DNA from: Kiritimatiellia bacterium
GTDB taxonomy: Bacteria; Verrucomicrobiota; Kiritimatiellia; JAAZAB01
Length of the DNA stretch: 64,000 nucleotides
Assembly: GCA_040767085.1 (NCBI GenBank)
Contig: JAXGPF010000008.1
Coordinates: 1-64,000 of the forward strand
Direction: 5' to 3'
Shown here piece after piece: positions 46,974 to 56,673 of this stretch (position 1 is its first letter; each line of letters opens with the position of its first letter). The notes beneath the pieces are model-generated. The model worked only from the letters and a program-made list of their open reading frames with translations, did not search any database and was not told where the DNA came from. The translations under genes were made by a program, and so were the position numbers.

Positions 46974-48926
46974 TCAGCCGCCGGACGTTGCGCCGACCTG
47001 TAAATTCAGCCTGCCGCCGGCCAGGATGATGGCGCGTTCGCGTTCGTTCAGGCGGCATTGCACCGGGATGGCGATGCCGCGGGTGATATTCTGCAAGGTC
47101 AGCGCGCCGCGTTCCAACCCGGCCCGCAAACCGGCCAGTTCCAGGACGTCGCCTTGTTCCACGCGGGCGTAATCGCCGGGATCCTGGAATATCAGCGGCA
47201 GGATGCCGCAGTTGATCAGGTTGGCGGTATGAATGCGCTCAAAACTCCTGGCCGCCACCGCCCGCACGCCCAGAAACATCGGGCAGAGCGCGGCATGCTC
47301 GCGGCTGGAACCCTGGCCGTAAGACTCGCCGGCAATGATGAAGGAGACCCGCCCCTGCGCCCGGGCCGCTTTGCACCGCGCGGGAAAACCTGGATCCACC
47401 GGATGAAAAACATATTCGGCGTATTTGGGCACATTGGAGCGGAGCTTGAGAAAGGCGCCGGCCGGCATGATGTGGTCGGTGGTGACCTTGTCCCCGACCT
47501 TGATTTGCGCAATGCCGGCCAGAGTGTCGGGCGGCGGCACATTGCGCGGCAGCGCGCCGATGTTCGGGCCGCGGACGAGCGCGACCTGCGCCCGCGCGGC
47601 CGGCAGCGGTGGTTCGACGATCATCGCATCGTCCGTAATGAAGTGCGCCGGCTGTTTAATGAAGGGGTAGCGGCCGGCCCCCCAGCCGCGCGGATCGGTG
47701 AATTCGCCCGCGACGGCAGCCGCGGCGGCGGTTTCCACGGAAGCCAGGTACACGGCGGCATCCCGCGTGCCGCTGCGGCCGAGGAAGTTGCGGTTGGAAG
47801 TGCGGATGGAAACGGCGTTGGAACGCGGGGCATGGGAATTGCCGATGCAAAAACCGCAGGCGCTTTCCGCGATCCGCGCGCCGGCGGCGATCAGGTCGGC
47901 CAGGGCGCCGTTGCGGGCAATCATCTCCAGCACCTGCCGCGAACCCGGCGCCACCACCAGGCTGATGCCAGGGGCGATTTTTTTACCGGCCAGCATGCGG
48001 GCCGCCACCATCAGGTCCTTGTAGGATGAATTCGTGCAGGAACCGATGCACACCTGCTGCACGGCCAGCCCGGCGAGTTCCCGCACCGTTTTTACATTGT
48101 CCGGGTTATGCGGCGCGGCGGCCAGCGGTTCGATCTGCGACAAATCAATGTCAATCACCCGGTCGTAGCGGGCGCCCGGGTCGGCCTTGAGCGGCGTGTA
48201 ATCCGCCAGCCGGCCCTGCGCCTGTAAAAAACGGCGGGTGACATTGTCGGCCGGGAAAACCGAGGCCGTGACGCCCAGTTCGGCGCCCATGTTGGCGATG
48301 GTGGCGCGTTCCGGCACGCTCAAGGTGCGCACTCCCGGCCCGCCGTATTCCAGGGCCGTGCCGACGTTGCCCTTGGAAGTCAGCATTTGCAGCAAACGCA
48401 GAATGACATCCTTGGCCGAGACCCAGGGCGGCAGTCGGCCGGCCAGGCGGACCAGGCAGACCCGGGGACATTGCAAAGCGAAGGGTTGGCCGGCCATGGC
48501 CAGCGCCACGTCCAATCCGCCGGCGCCGATGGCCAGCATGCCGATCCCGCCGCCGGTGGGGGTATGGGAATCCGAGCCCAGCAGCGTCCGGCCGGGCTTG
48601 CCGAACCGCTCCAGGTGCACCTGGTGGCAGATGCCGTTGCCCGCACGGGAAAATTTCACGCCGAACCTGGCGGCCGCTGACTGCAGGTAGGCGTGGTCGT
48701 CGGCGTTTTCGAAACCGGACTGCACGGTGTTATGGTCCACATAACTGACCGAAAGTTCGGTTTTGACCGATCCGGCGCCCATCGCCTCGTATTGCAGGAA
48801 GGCCATGGTGCCGGTAGCATCCTGGGTCAAGGTCTGGTCAATGCGAATCTCAATATCCGCGCCCGGCGCCCAGGCGCCGCTGGCCAGGTGGCTGGTGATG
48901 AGTTTCTCGACGACGCCCCGCGGCAT
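46974..48926 (-). CDS. Aconitate hydratase (short, Aquifex-like type)
   Basis: DQTLTQDATGT, YVDHN, GICHQVH, GSDSHT, IGSCTNSS, CGFCIG, TTDHIMP, YGQGSSREHAA. Confidence 0.95.
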   Translation of the reverse strand: MPRGVVEKLITSHLASGAWAPGADIEIRIDQTLTQDATGTMAFLQYEAMGAGSVKTELSVSYVDHNTVQSGFENADDHAYLQSAAARFGVKFSRAGNGICHQVHLERFGKPGRTLLGSDSHTPTGGGIGMLAIGAGGLDVALAMAGQPFALQCPRVCLVRLAGRLPPWVSAKDVILRLLQMLTSKGNVGTALEYGGPGVRTLSVPERATIANMGAELGVTASVFPADNVTRRFLQAQGRLADYTPLKADPGARYDRVIDIDLSQIEPLAAAPHNPDNVKTVRELAGLAVQQVCIGSCTNSSYKDLMVAARMLAGKKIAPGISLVVAPGSRQVLEMIARNGALADLIAAGARIAESACGFCIGNSHAPRSNAVSIRTSNRNFLGRSGTRDAAVYLASVETAAAAAVAGEFTDPRGWGAGRYPFIKQPAHFITDDAMIVEPPLPAARAQVALVRGPNIGALPRNVPPPDTLAGIAQIKVGDKVTTDHIMPAGAFLKLRSNVPKYAEYVFHPVDPGFPARCKAARAQGRVSFIIAGESYGQGSSREHAALCPMFLGVRAVAARSFERIHTANLINCGILPLIFQDPGDYARVEQGDVLELAGLRAGLERGALTLQNITRGIAIPVQCRLNERERAIILAGGRLNLQVGATSGG

Positions 48927-49080
48927 ATATCCTGCTCCTTCCTGGCGCTTGATCAATGTCCAAAACCATCCAACTAGTTTGTCATATGGCCTTTTACGCT
49001 TGAGTAAGGTCAACCAAGCGTAATACAATACATCATTCTAAAAATGGCCGGGCCTGTCAAGATTGTTATGGAGTGCGCGC

Positions 49081-49671
49081 ATGCCGTCGCCGGTGGCACA
49101 TACCCTGATTGGAATTACGCTGGGCGCGGCCTGCTGCCTGCCGCGCGGCGGCGGCTGGCGCCGGCTGGGCGCCCGGCTGTGGCGCTGGCGCGGCTTGCTG
49201 CTGGTGTGCGCGTTGCTGGCCAATGCCCCGGATATTGACTACCTGTTCGGGTTGGCCGCCGGCGATTTGAACAGCCGGCATCAGTTGGTCACCCATACCC
49301 TGGGCTGGATTGCCGCCGTGGCCCTGGCCTTATGGTGGGCGCAGCGGTATTTCGCGCCCCGCGCGGTGCGGATGTCCGCCGCCTTGATTTTTCTGCTGCT
49401 GGCCAGCCATCTGGCGGCGGATTACCTCGGGCAGGACCTGGCTCCGCCTTTCGGCATCATGGCCTTCTGGCCGCTCTCGGACCGTTTTTATCTCTCGCCC
49501 TGGCCGTTGTTCCCGGCGCCCGCCAAGCGCGCGCTGGGCGAATTATGGTCGGCGCACAATTTGCGCGTGATGGCGTGGGAATTGGCGCTGCTCATGCCGG
49601 CGCTGCTGGCGGTCATGCTTTACAAGGCCCGCGGCTCCGCGGGGGATCCGCCGGCCGGCCATACTGGTTGA
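49081..49671 (+). CDS. Membrane metal-dependent hydrolase (YdjM-like)
   Basis: PSPVAH, APDID, HQLVTHT, SHLAAD, FWP motifs. Confidence 0.9.
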   Translation: MPSPVAHTLIGITLGAACCLPRGGGWRRLGARLWRWRGLLLVCALLANAPDIDYLFGLAAGDLNSRHQLVTHTLGWIAAVALALWWAQRYFAPRAVRMSAALIFLLLASHLAADYLGQDLAPPFGIMAFWPLSDRFYLSPWPLFPAPAKRALGELWSAHNLRVMAWELALLMPALLAVMLYKARGSAGDPPAGHTG

Positions 49672-50207
49672 GTTCGCGGCGGACGCTTTAGCATCCGCCG
49701 CCTTGCCAGGGTGACAGACACCAGCCAAAGCGCGATAAACGGCGCGGTTCCCAACAAGAATGGCATATAACTGAAGATCACTATCTCCAGCTCGTCGTCC
49801 ATGCCCAGCATTCTGATGACGGCGGAAAGCATCCCGGCCAGCAGCATCCGCCAGAGGGCGGACTTGAATGGATACCTGCAAAACAGGTATGCCAGGCAGG
49901 GAATGAACCATAAGCAGTTGATGATGTTGGTGGCAAACAGCCGCGGGGTGTCTTGGTAGAATCCCATCTCCATGTCCGGCGGCGGAAAAAAATTGATCAG
50001 CAACCCGGTTGCCAGCGCGGGGAGCAAGGCGGCTTTCAGCAGCGACCGCAGGCTGGGCGGGCGGCCTTCCATCAGGATGACCGCCAACGTTAAAAACCCG
50101 CCAAACAGACCGCCGCGTATGCCGAAGGCAAGCGGGTCGAAAATCCCGCTCAGCCATCCCGCGCCGGCGCCGATCAAAAGCAGCCAGGCCTTTTGCTTGA
50201 TATTCAT
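49620..50207 (-). CDS. Hypothetical membrane protein
   Basis: GGAGG RBS, ATGA overlap with the radical SAM gene, about six TM helices. Confidence 0.75.
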   Translation of the reverse strand: MNIKQKAWLLLIGAGAGWLSGIFDPLAFGIRGGLFGGFLTLAVILMEGRPPSLRSLLKAALLPALATGLLINFFPPPDMEMGFYQDTPRLFATNIINCLWFIPCLAYLFCRYPFKSALWRMLLAGMLSAVIRMLGMDDELEIVIFSYMPFLLGTAPFIALWLVSVTLARRRMLKRPPRTQPVWPAGGSPAEPRAL

Positions 50208-51508
50208 GTTTCCTCCGGGGATGTTTGTCCGTTGACCATGGCAAAGTAAGCGGGCAGCGGTTCCGGCGCCGTCTGCGCGCACACGATTTCGCTGAGTTCG
50301 GGCGGCAAAGGCAGGGCGTCCGCACGGTATCCGGCAAGCAGGCGGTGGTATTTACGGATGAAACAATCGCGCCGCGGATTGTTCCCCATCGCCTGGTTCA
50401 TCCGCCGCCAGATGCGGTCGAGCGCAGTATCCCTGACATTGCCGAACCCGAGCGGCGTGAAATCGCAGGGACAAACAACGCCGTTGGGTTGGATATACAA
50501 ATGCTGGGTGCCGGCGCCGCAACCGAAGATTTCCGGGCTTTCGATTTGATTGAAAGCACAGATTTTAGGGGCTATACCCCGCTGGTTCGTTTGCACATGA
50601 AAATCACGCAGCCGGGCGATCTGCCGGGCCGTCAGAAAGATTTCCGCCCCGGCCTGCGCCAGTTTGCCGCATGGCATCAGTTCCGCAATCCGGTATTCAT
50701 GAACCCCAAGCTTCCGGCCGAGCTCGTGGACGCGCGTATATACGCCATTTTCCACAAAAGCGCGGGTGGCGACGCTGCTGATCATGGTGTAAAAGCCATG
50801 GCGCCGGGAAAGCCGGATGGTTTCTAGCGCCTGCGTAAATATGCCCGGGATGCCCCGCATGCGGTCATGGTCTTCCGCGTTGTCGAAGTCCAGGCTGACG
50901 CAACACGCCCAGAGCCCGGCCTTTTTCAACCCCGCCATTTGCGCCGGCGTGACGCCCGCGCCGGAGGTGAAGAGGATGGATTCCAGCCCCAGGCGGCGGG
51001 TATGCCGCACGAGTTCGGGCAAGTCGCCGCGCAATAAAGGTTCCCCGCCGGTAAAGCCGATGATGCTGACGCCGAGATTCAGCAGTTGCCAAAGTACATC
51101 CTGCCATTCCGCCGTGGCCAGTTCCGTGTCCATCCGTCGGTCGGCGCTGCAATGGAAGCAGCGGCACGGGCATTGCGCCGTCACGGCCAGGAACGCCGAG
51201 ACAGGGCTGAGGTGACGTCCGGAAAACAGATTGTCAAACATCCGGTCGTATCCCGGTCCCGGGAAAGGCGGGATGAAAGAATTCAGGACCCAGCGCCCCT
51301 GGTGGCGGGTCAGCCTTTCGCCGTCCAACCATTGCCGGATGAAGGCGAGGGCCGCCCCCTTGCGTCGGCGTGGGCGCAGCGATTCGTAGACCCGGTCGGG
51401 GACGCGCCGGATGCCTTGGGCGCGCAATTTTGCCAATGCCCATAACGGCTTGGCGGTGATGCGCGGGTTGAGCATCACCCGCAGGAGCTGGAATGTCAGG
51501 CCGTTCAT
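50204..51508 (-). CDS. Radical SAM protein with SPASM/Twitch domain
   Basis: CPCRCFHC, FTGGEPLL, FGCGAG...NGVVCPCDF. Confidence 0.93.
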   Translation of the reverse strand: MNGLTFQLLRVMLNPRITAKPLWALAKLRAQGIRRVPDRVYESLRPRRRKGAALAFIRQWLDGERLTRHQGRWVLNSFIPPFPGPGYDRMFDNLFSGRHLSPVSAFLAVTAQCPCRCFHCSADRRMDTELATAEWQDVLWQLLNLGVSIIGFTGGEPLLRGDLPELVRHTRRLGLESILFTSGAGVTPAQMAGLKKAGLWACCVSLDFDNAEDHDRMRGIPGIFTQALETIRLSRRHGFYTMISSVATRAFVENGVYTRVHELGRKLGVHEYRIAELMPCGKLAQAGAEIFLTARQIARLRDFHVQTNQRGIAPKICAFNQIESPEIFGCGAGTQHLYIQPNGVVCPCDFTPLGFGNVRDTALDRIWRRMNQAMGNNPRRDCFIRKYHRLLAGYRADALPLPPELSEIVCAQTAPEPLPAYFAMVNGQTSPEET

Positions 51509-52383
51509 GATCTTTGCAGGATGCCCATGATGTAGTGGTGTCGTAGCGGCTGCGCCTGTGTGTGCAGGCAGTTTTCGAAATAGTCCGCCACATGCGGCTG
51601 ATCTTGCAGCGGCAGCATGTGGTCAAAGCCGGCCAGGACGCCGGTGCGCAGGAGCCATGGCGTACTGGCCTGATGCGCCGCGGCGACCGGCTGGCAACCC
51701 TCGGCATGCCACAACGCCTTCAAACCGCAAGCCGCGGCTTGGCGGGCGAACTGTTGCCAGGATTGCGGAAACCGCGGAAAGGCCAGCGCCTGGAGTTCGC
51801 CGGGGAAACGTTGCATGGTCCGGCGGAAGGCAATATATACGGGATACAGCGAGTCGCGCAAATTGACCACAAAGGCGAAAACGCCGCCGGGACATAAGAC
51901 GCGGCGCGCTTCCCGCAATACTGCCGGCGGATTGGCGTAACCGATGACCCAGGCCGACACAATCATTTGCGCCCTGGCCGATTGCTCAGTTTTCAAAAAA
52001 TCGCGCATATCCCCGGCCGCAAAAACGACATTATCCGCGGCGGCATTTTTGCGCGCCACGGCGAGCATGCCGTCCGAGATATCCTGCGCGATGATTTCCG
52101 CGTTGGGGTATCTGGCCGCCAGCTTGCCGGTCGTGTAGCCCGTGCCGCAGCCCAAATCCATGATTCTGCCGGCCGGGACATCCGGAAGTTGCGCCAATAG
52201 CCGGTCGGTTACACTGCGTAGACGGCATAACCAATTCGCATCGTAATCCGGGGCGATGCGGTCGTAACTGGCCTTGACCTGCCGGGGTCCAATCCAGCGG
52301 CAACGGACGAGCAACTGCGCCGCCCGCCAGTTCAGCCGCAGGCAATCGGAATATTTTCCAATATCCATCAGATTGGACCGCAT
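51505..52383 (-). CDS. Class I SAM-dependent methyltransferase
   Basis: YDRIAPDYD, MDLGCGTG, DISDGML, RVLCPGG; overlaps the radical SAM start. Confidence 0.92.
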   Translation of the reverse strand: MRSNLMDIGKYSDCLRLNWRAAQLLVRCRWIGPRQVKASYDRIAPDYDANWLCRLRSVTDRLLAQLPDVPAGRIMDLGCGTGYTTGKLAARYPNAEIIAQDISDGMLAVARKNAAADNVVFAAGDMRDFLKTEQSARAQMIVSAWVIGYANPPAVLREARRVLCPGGVFAFVVNLRDSLYPVYIAFRRTMQRFPGELQALAFPRFPQSWQQFARQAAACGLKALWHAEGCQPVAAAHQASTPWLLRTGVLAGFDHMLPLQDQPHVADYFENCLHTQAQPLRHHYIMGILQRS

Positions 52384-52522
52384 CCCGCCAACAGCATCGC
52401 CGTGCAGGCAAGCGCAAATCCCGCGATTCTACAACCATATGCCAAAACACAAGTTTGCATGGTTGGATGTTACAATTAGGGCCGGTGAAAGTAAACCGCT
52501 GTTTTCACGGCGGGGATTCCAA

Positions 52523-52928
52523 GGGCGTAAGTCATTTCCGTAGGGGTTTGCCGAAAGGTTTGTGTGGCGGTATGCCCCGACTATTTTGAATCATGCGGGA
52601 AAAGCTGATCCAATCGGACATGCCGGTGAAGTGTAGTTTAGAGAATGATTTATGTTTCCGGGAATTCCGGCATGGCGCTTGTGGCGCCATCGCCGGAATG
52701 GGCGTACCGCGTGGTGAATTCCGCTGCCCGGAGTCTGCGCAGGGATTTGAAAAAGCAAGGCAAGTTTGGGGTGGATGCGGGCGCGCCGCGCGCCAGACGC
52801 CCCAAAATCGCCGCCGCCTTTTTCAAACGGAATTCACTACGCATTCCCACGGGGATTGCCCGCCACCCGCACGTCAATACAGCATTACGTCTCCCCCACA
52901 AAAACCCCTAAGGAAGTGAAATGCGCCC
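52523..52928. mobile_element. Non-autonomous MITE (copy D) carrying the structured core
   Basis: 27-bp imperfect TIRs (52523-52549, 52902-52928); perfect 9-bp TSD GGATTCCAA (52514-52522, 52929-52937); core at 52709-52842. Confidence 0.88.
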
Positions 52929-52945
52929 GGATTCCAAGCTGCCAT

Positions 52946-53905
52946 TCAACTTATCCCGAAGTGCCGGCGCGGATTATGGACCAGCATTTGCCGGATTTGA
53001 CGCCGGGTGACTCCCAGCCTCTCCAGCGCGGGCGCCATCCGGGTGAATACGCTGCGATACGTGCGCCCGGGGTTGCCTTGCACGAGCCGCAGCGCGTTCT
53101 GCGGCCGGAACCCGGCGTCAACCGACAGCGTGATTTGGTCCAGGTATCCGCGGTCAATCAGCGCTTGCACCATCGCCATGGATGCGCGCACGCCCCGGCC
53201 GGAGTCCAGCCGGCCGCCGCCGCAGTTGAAGCTCAGGTTGGCGCCTTGATCCGCGGCCGGGAGAAGCTGGTCAATGGCGGTGATGCTTTTGCCGTCCGCA
53301 TGCCCGATGGTAATCGCGCCGGGCGCCACGCCGTGTTTAGTCAGCGCCCGCAGTTGTGCTGCCGGCTGATCGCCGCCCAGGTGCGTGGTGATGGGCAGGC
53401 CCGTCGCGTGGTGGGTTCGGGCCAAGGCTTCAAACCAGCGCGCGACGATGGCGTAATGGCGCCGCCGCCGGTCGGAGAGTTCATGCAGCGAAGTCGCCTT
53501 CAATACTCCGGGCCGGATGCCGCGGCCATCCATGCCATGGCGCGCTTCCGCCGTCCAACGCCGGGCGAGTTCCTTGACGGACGCGTTCAGCATCCACCAT
53601 GGTGATTTTTCCACGGTGTAAAAGCCGGTGGCAGCGATGATGTGAAACTTTGCCTGGCGCGCAATCTCCGCGTAAGTCTCCAGGTCCCGCCCTGTGGAAG
53701 CGCTGGGCGTGCATTCCACCAGGGCGTTGCATCGGTGTTTTTCGCGCAGCTCCCGCAGGCGGGGGACGATGAGGCGCAGCGCCTGCGTCCGGATGGCGAT
53801 GGACGCCTCGTTGGGACCGTAAAGCGTCAGGTGTTCATGCGTCAGGCACGCCTGCATTTGCTCCGGCCGGATCGCGCCCAATACTGTTTCAATCCTGGTT
53901 TACAT
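52946..53905 (-). CDS. Phosphotriesterase-homology amidohydrolase; in-frame TAA at codon 2 (possible pseudogene, or restart at TTG 53881)
   Basis: IETVLGAI, THEHL, VECTP, ATGFY, GVLK, ITTH, IGHAD, LSVD motifs. Confidence 0.85.
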
Positions 53906-53939
53906 CTTGACGGTTGTTGTGCGGCGTGCAGTCCCCATG

Positions 53940-55439
53940 TCACCGCGGGCATTCCAGCCGCGCGCCGCGCGTTTCGACCGCGCCCTTGAATTTGCCCCCG
54001 ATGCGCAGCCGGACGGAATGCACGTTCCGGGCCGGCAGGTCGAAGGTCTGCTGCGCCAGCCACCAGCCCTGGGCGCGCTTGAGGTTGGGCTCCTTGACCA
54101 TGAAGTGGCGGATGGTCTCGTATTCCGGCCGGAGCGGGTCGGGATTGCCGGAGTCGATCCGCTTGGTCAGCTCCACGACCAGCGCAATCGAGCCTTTGAA
54201 ATCAGGGCTCTTTTTAAACAGCGCCTGCATCATCAGTTTCGCGCCGTCTTTGACGTGAATTTCGGGCGATATCAGCCAGCATTCGGCGCGGGCATCCAGG
54301 GATTGGAAGGCAAATCCACCCTCGGATTCCGGCCGCGCGCGCCAGGCGATGGTTTGCCGGTAGCGGTTGTCCAGGTGGATGTCCCAGCCGGACAGCGGTT
54401 GATTGGGCGGGGTGGACGCGCCGGGGAATTCCAGGAAATTGCTGCCGGGCGCCATGTCGGCCCCGCGCACGACTTCCATCTTCAAGCCTGGGACAGCCAG
54501 GCGGCGCTGGTGGAAACGCCACCATTGCCAGCCCGCCACGCAGACGCCGGCGGAGATGAGCATCAACATGGCCAGGAAGAGCGTCTGCCACCGGCGCACC
54601 CGGCGTTTCAACTGCGCCAGGTACTGCACCGGCACTGTATCGCGCATGGCGCCGGCGGGCCGGGCGGGCGGACTGAAGTTCACGCGCTCGCGCAGCGGCG
54701 GCTGGAGCGCCCGCGGGGCCGCGTTCAGGAATGGCGCCGCCTCCAGCGGCAGCCCGGCCTTTTCCATCTCGGCGCGGTGGGCGTCCAGGTCGAAGGGCAC
54801 CTTGCGCCAGAATACGGAACCGGTATCCTCGTCAAATATGCAGTAGGTTGCCCGGTAATCACCGTCGCGCGGCTGGCCGACGGAGCCGACATTGACCAGG
54901 AAGCGTTTGCCTTCCTCCAGCATGAAATCTTCCGGCGGAATCAGGCGGGGTGTCTGGCTGCGGCCGATGACGAAAATACCTGGCTGATGGGTGTGCCCGA
55001 CGAACAGGAGCGGTTCCGACACTTTGCGCCAGCCGGCTACGGCATCCTGCGGCTCAAAAATATAATGGAACCCGGCCGGCTGGTCGAAATTGGCATGGGC
55101 GCAGCGGAAATTTTCGCCGGCCAGGCAGAGCGGCAGGCGCGACAGGAATTTTTTTGCCGGCTCGCCCAGTTGTAAGGCGGACCACTGGATGATGCCGCGG
55201 GCGGGTTCGCTGAAATATTTGGGATCGATTTTACCGCAGATGGCGGCGTCGTGGTTGCCCAACAGGAAATGATCCACGCTGGTGTAGAGCGCCTCCAGCA
55301 CTTCCCGGGGGCGGGGGCCGTAGCCGACCATGTCGCCCAGGCTGATGATGCTGTCAACCCCGGCGCTCCGGATATCCAGCAGCACGGCATTCCACGCCGC
55401 CAGGTTGGCGTGGATATCGGAAACCACGGCATACTTCAC
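53940..55439 (-). CDS. Metallophosphoesterase with TM helix and C-terminal extracytoplasmic beta domain
   Basis: SDIHAN, LGDMVGYG, GNHD, GHTH, NVGSVGQPRDG; TM LFLAMLMLISAGVCVAGW; GGAGG RBS before GTG. Confidence 0.9.
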   Translation of the reverse strand: MKYAVVSDIHANLAAWNAVLLDIRSAGVDSIISLGDMVGYGPRPREVLEALYTSVDHFLLGNHDAAICGKIDPKYFSEPARGIIQWSALQLGEPAKKFLSRLPLCLAGENFRCAHANFDQPAGFHYIFEPQDAVAGWRKVSEPLLFVGHTHQPGIFVIGRSQTPRLIPPEDFMLEEGKRFLVNVGSVGQPRDGDYRATYCIFDEDTGSVFWRKVPFDLDAHRAEMEKAGLPLEAAPFLNAAPRALQPPLRERVNFSPPARPAGAMRDTVPVQYLAQLKRRVRRWQTLFLAMLMLISAGVCVAGWQWWRFHQRRLAVPGLKMEVVRGADMAPGSNFLEFPGASTPPNQPLSGWDIHLDNRYRQTIAWRARPESEGGFAFQSLDARAECWLISPEIHVKDGAKLMMQALFKKSPDFKGSIALVVELTKRIDSGNPDPLRPEYETIRHFMVKEPNLKRAQGWWLAQQTFDLPARNVHSVRLRIGGKFKGAVETRGARLECPR

Positions 55440-55521
55440 GGGGCACCTCCGGCAGGGTTGGCGCAGTGCAGGTCAGTTGCTGCATCTTAGCAAACCGACG
55501 GCGGAATGTAAATGTCCGCCA

Positions 55522-56601
55522 TCATGGCAGCCGGCGCAGCCGGCCGGCGTATTCCGGCGCGGGGGTGAACCGTGCGGCGAAGGCGGGCGTGGCATGGAGT
55601 TCCAGGGGCTGGCGGTCCGGCACGAACAGGGCGGCATGGCCGGGGAAGTTCGTTTGCAGAAAACCGGCGCCGTGTTCCAGCCCCATGACAAACAACGTGG
55701 TCGAGAGGGCGTCGGCGTCCATGGCGGCGTCCGGGCCGGCGCCGATGACGGTTACGGACACCATGCCCTCCGCGGGGAGGCCGGTGCGCGGGTCGAGGAT
55801 ATGCGCGTAGCGCCGGCCGCCGATGATAACGAACCGTTCGTAATTACCGGAGGTGGCCGCGGCTTCGCCGTCCTGCAAGGCCAGCGTGCCCAGCACGCGC
55901 CCTGCCGCAAAAGGATTCTGGACGGCGATGCGCCAGGGGACGCCGGGCGCGGCGGCCCCCAGCGCGCGGAGATTGCCGCCCAGGTTGAGCAAGACGTTGG
56001 TGAGTCCATGTTTGACCATGATCCGGGCGACTTCATCCACGGCAAAACCCTTGGCAATGCCGCCGAGGTCCACCTGCATGCCCGGCCGCGCCAGCCGCGC
56101 CGTCTGGTTGCTGATTTCCAGGCGTCTGTAATCCACGCATCGCCGCGCCTCCTCCAAGGCGGCCGACGCCGGCGGCTGCCCCGGCGCCGTTCCGCCGCGC
56201 AGTCCCCAAATCCGCAGCAAGGGCGGCACGGTGACATCGAAGGCGCCGGCGCTTAATTCGCCGTAGCGGCGGGCGGCCTGCAGAATGACGATGGTTTCCC
56301 GCGCCAGGGGCGCCGGCGCGGCGCCGGCGGCCTGGTTGAGCCGCCCGATATCGCTATCGGGGTTGAAGAAACTCAAGCGGTTTTCCAGCCCGTACAACGC
56401 ATTGGCGCTGAGCACGCCGGCCGGCTCCAGGTAGTCGGCGCGGTCGGCCGGGAGCGTGACGGTAAAAACCGTGCCCATCGCCAGGAACATTTTGCGGGGC
56501 AGCGCCGCCGGCCGGCAGGCCGTCAATGCCAGCAGCAGGCCGCCCAGCAAGACGGCGGCGCCGACGGCTTTGATAGCTGGGGAAGAGGTGTGAAAATTCA
56601 T
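55522..56601 (-). CDS. apbE: FAD:protein FMN transferase
   Basis: Lipobox LTAC, AMGT, GAFDVTV, DLGGIAKGFAVD, ATSGNYER, HILDPRTG, ADALST. Confidence 0.96.
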   Translation of the reverse strand: MNFHTSSPAIKAVGAAVLLGGLLLALTACRPAALPRKMFLAMGTVFTVTLPADRADYLEPAGVLSANALYGLENRLSFFNPDSDIGRLNQAAGAAPAPLARETIVILQAARRYGELSAGAFDVTVPPLLRIWGLRGGTAPGQPPASAALEEARRCVDYRRLEISNQTARLARPGMQVDLGGIAKGFAVDEVARIMVKHGLTNVLLNLGGNLRALGAAAPGVPWRIAVQNPFAAGRVLGTLALQDGEAAATSGNYERFVIIGGRRYAHILDPRTGLPAEGMVSVTVIGAGPDAAMDADALSTTLFVMGLEHGAGFLQTNFPGHAALFVPDRQPLELHATPAFAARFTPAPEYAGRLRRLP

Positions 56602-56673
56602 GGGCGCAGTTTGCCAGAAGTCGGAGCAAAAGACACGTTTTAAAAGTTGCCCGGCGCCGCGCCGGGTCCAAGT

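Noticed and set aside
49035-49060. TTGACA/TAGAAT promoter on the minus strand for aconitase
   Set aside because: Spacer is only 14 bp
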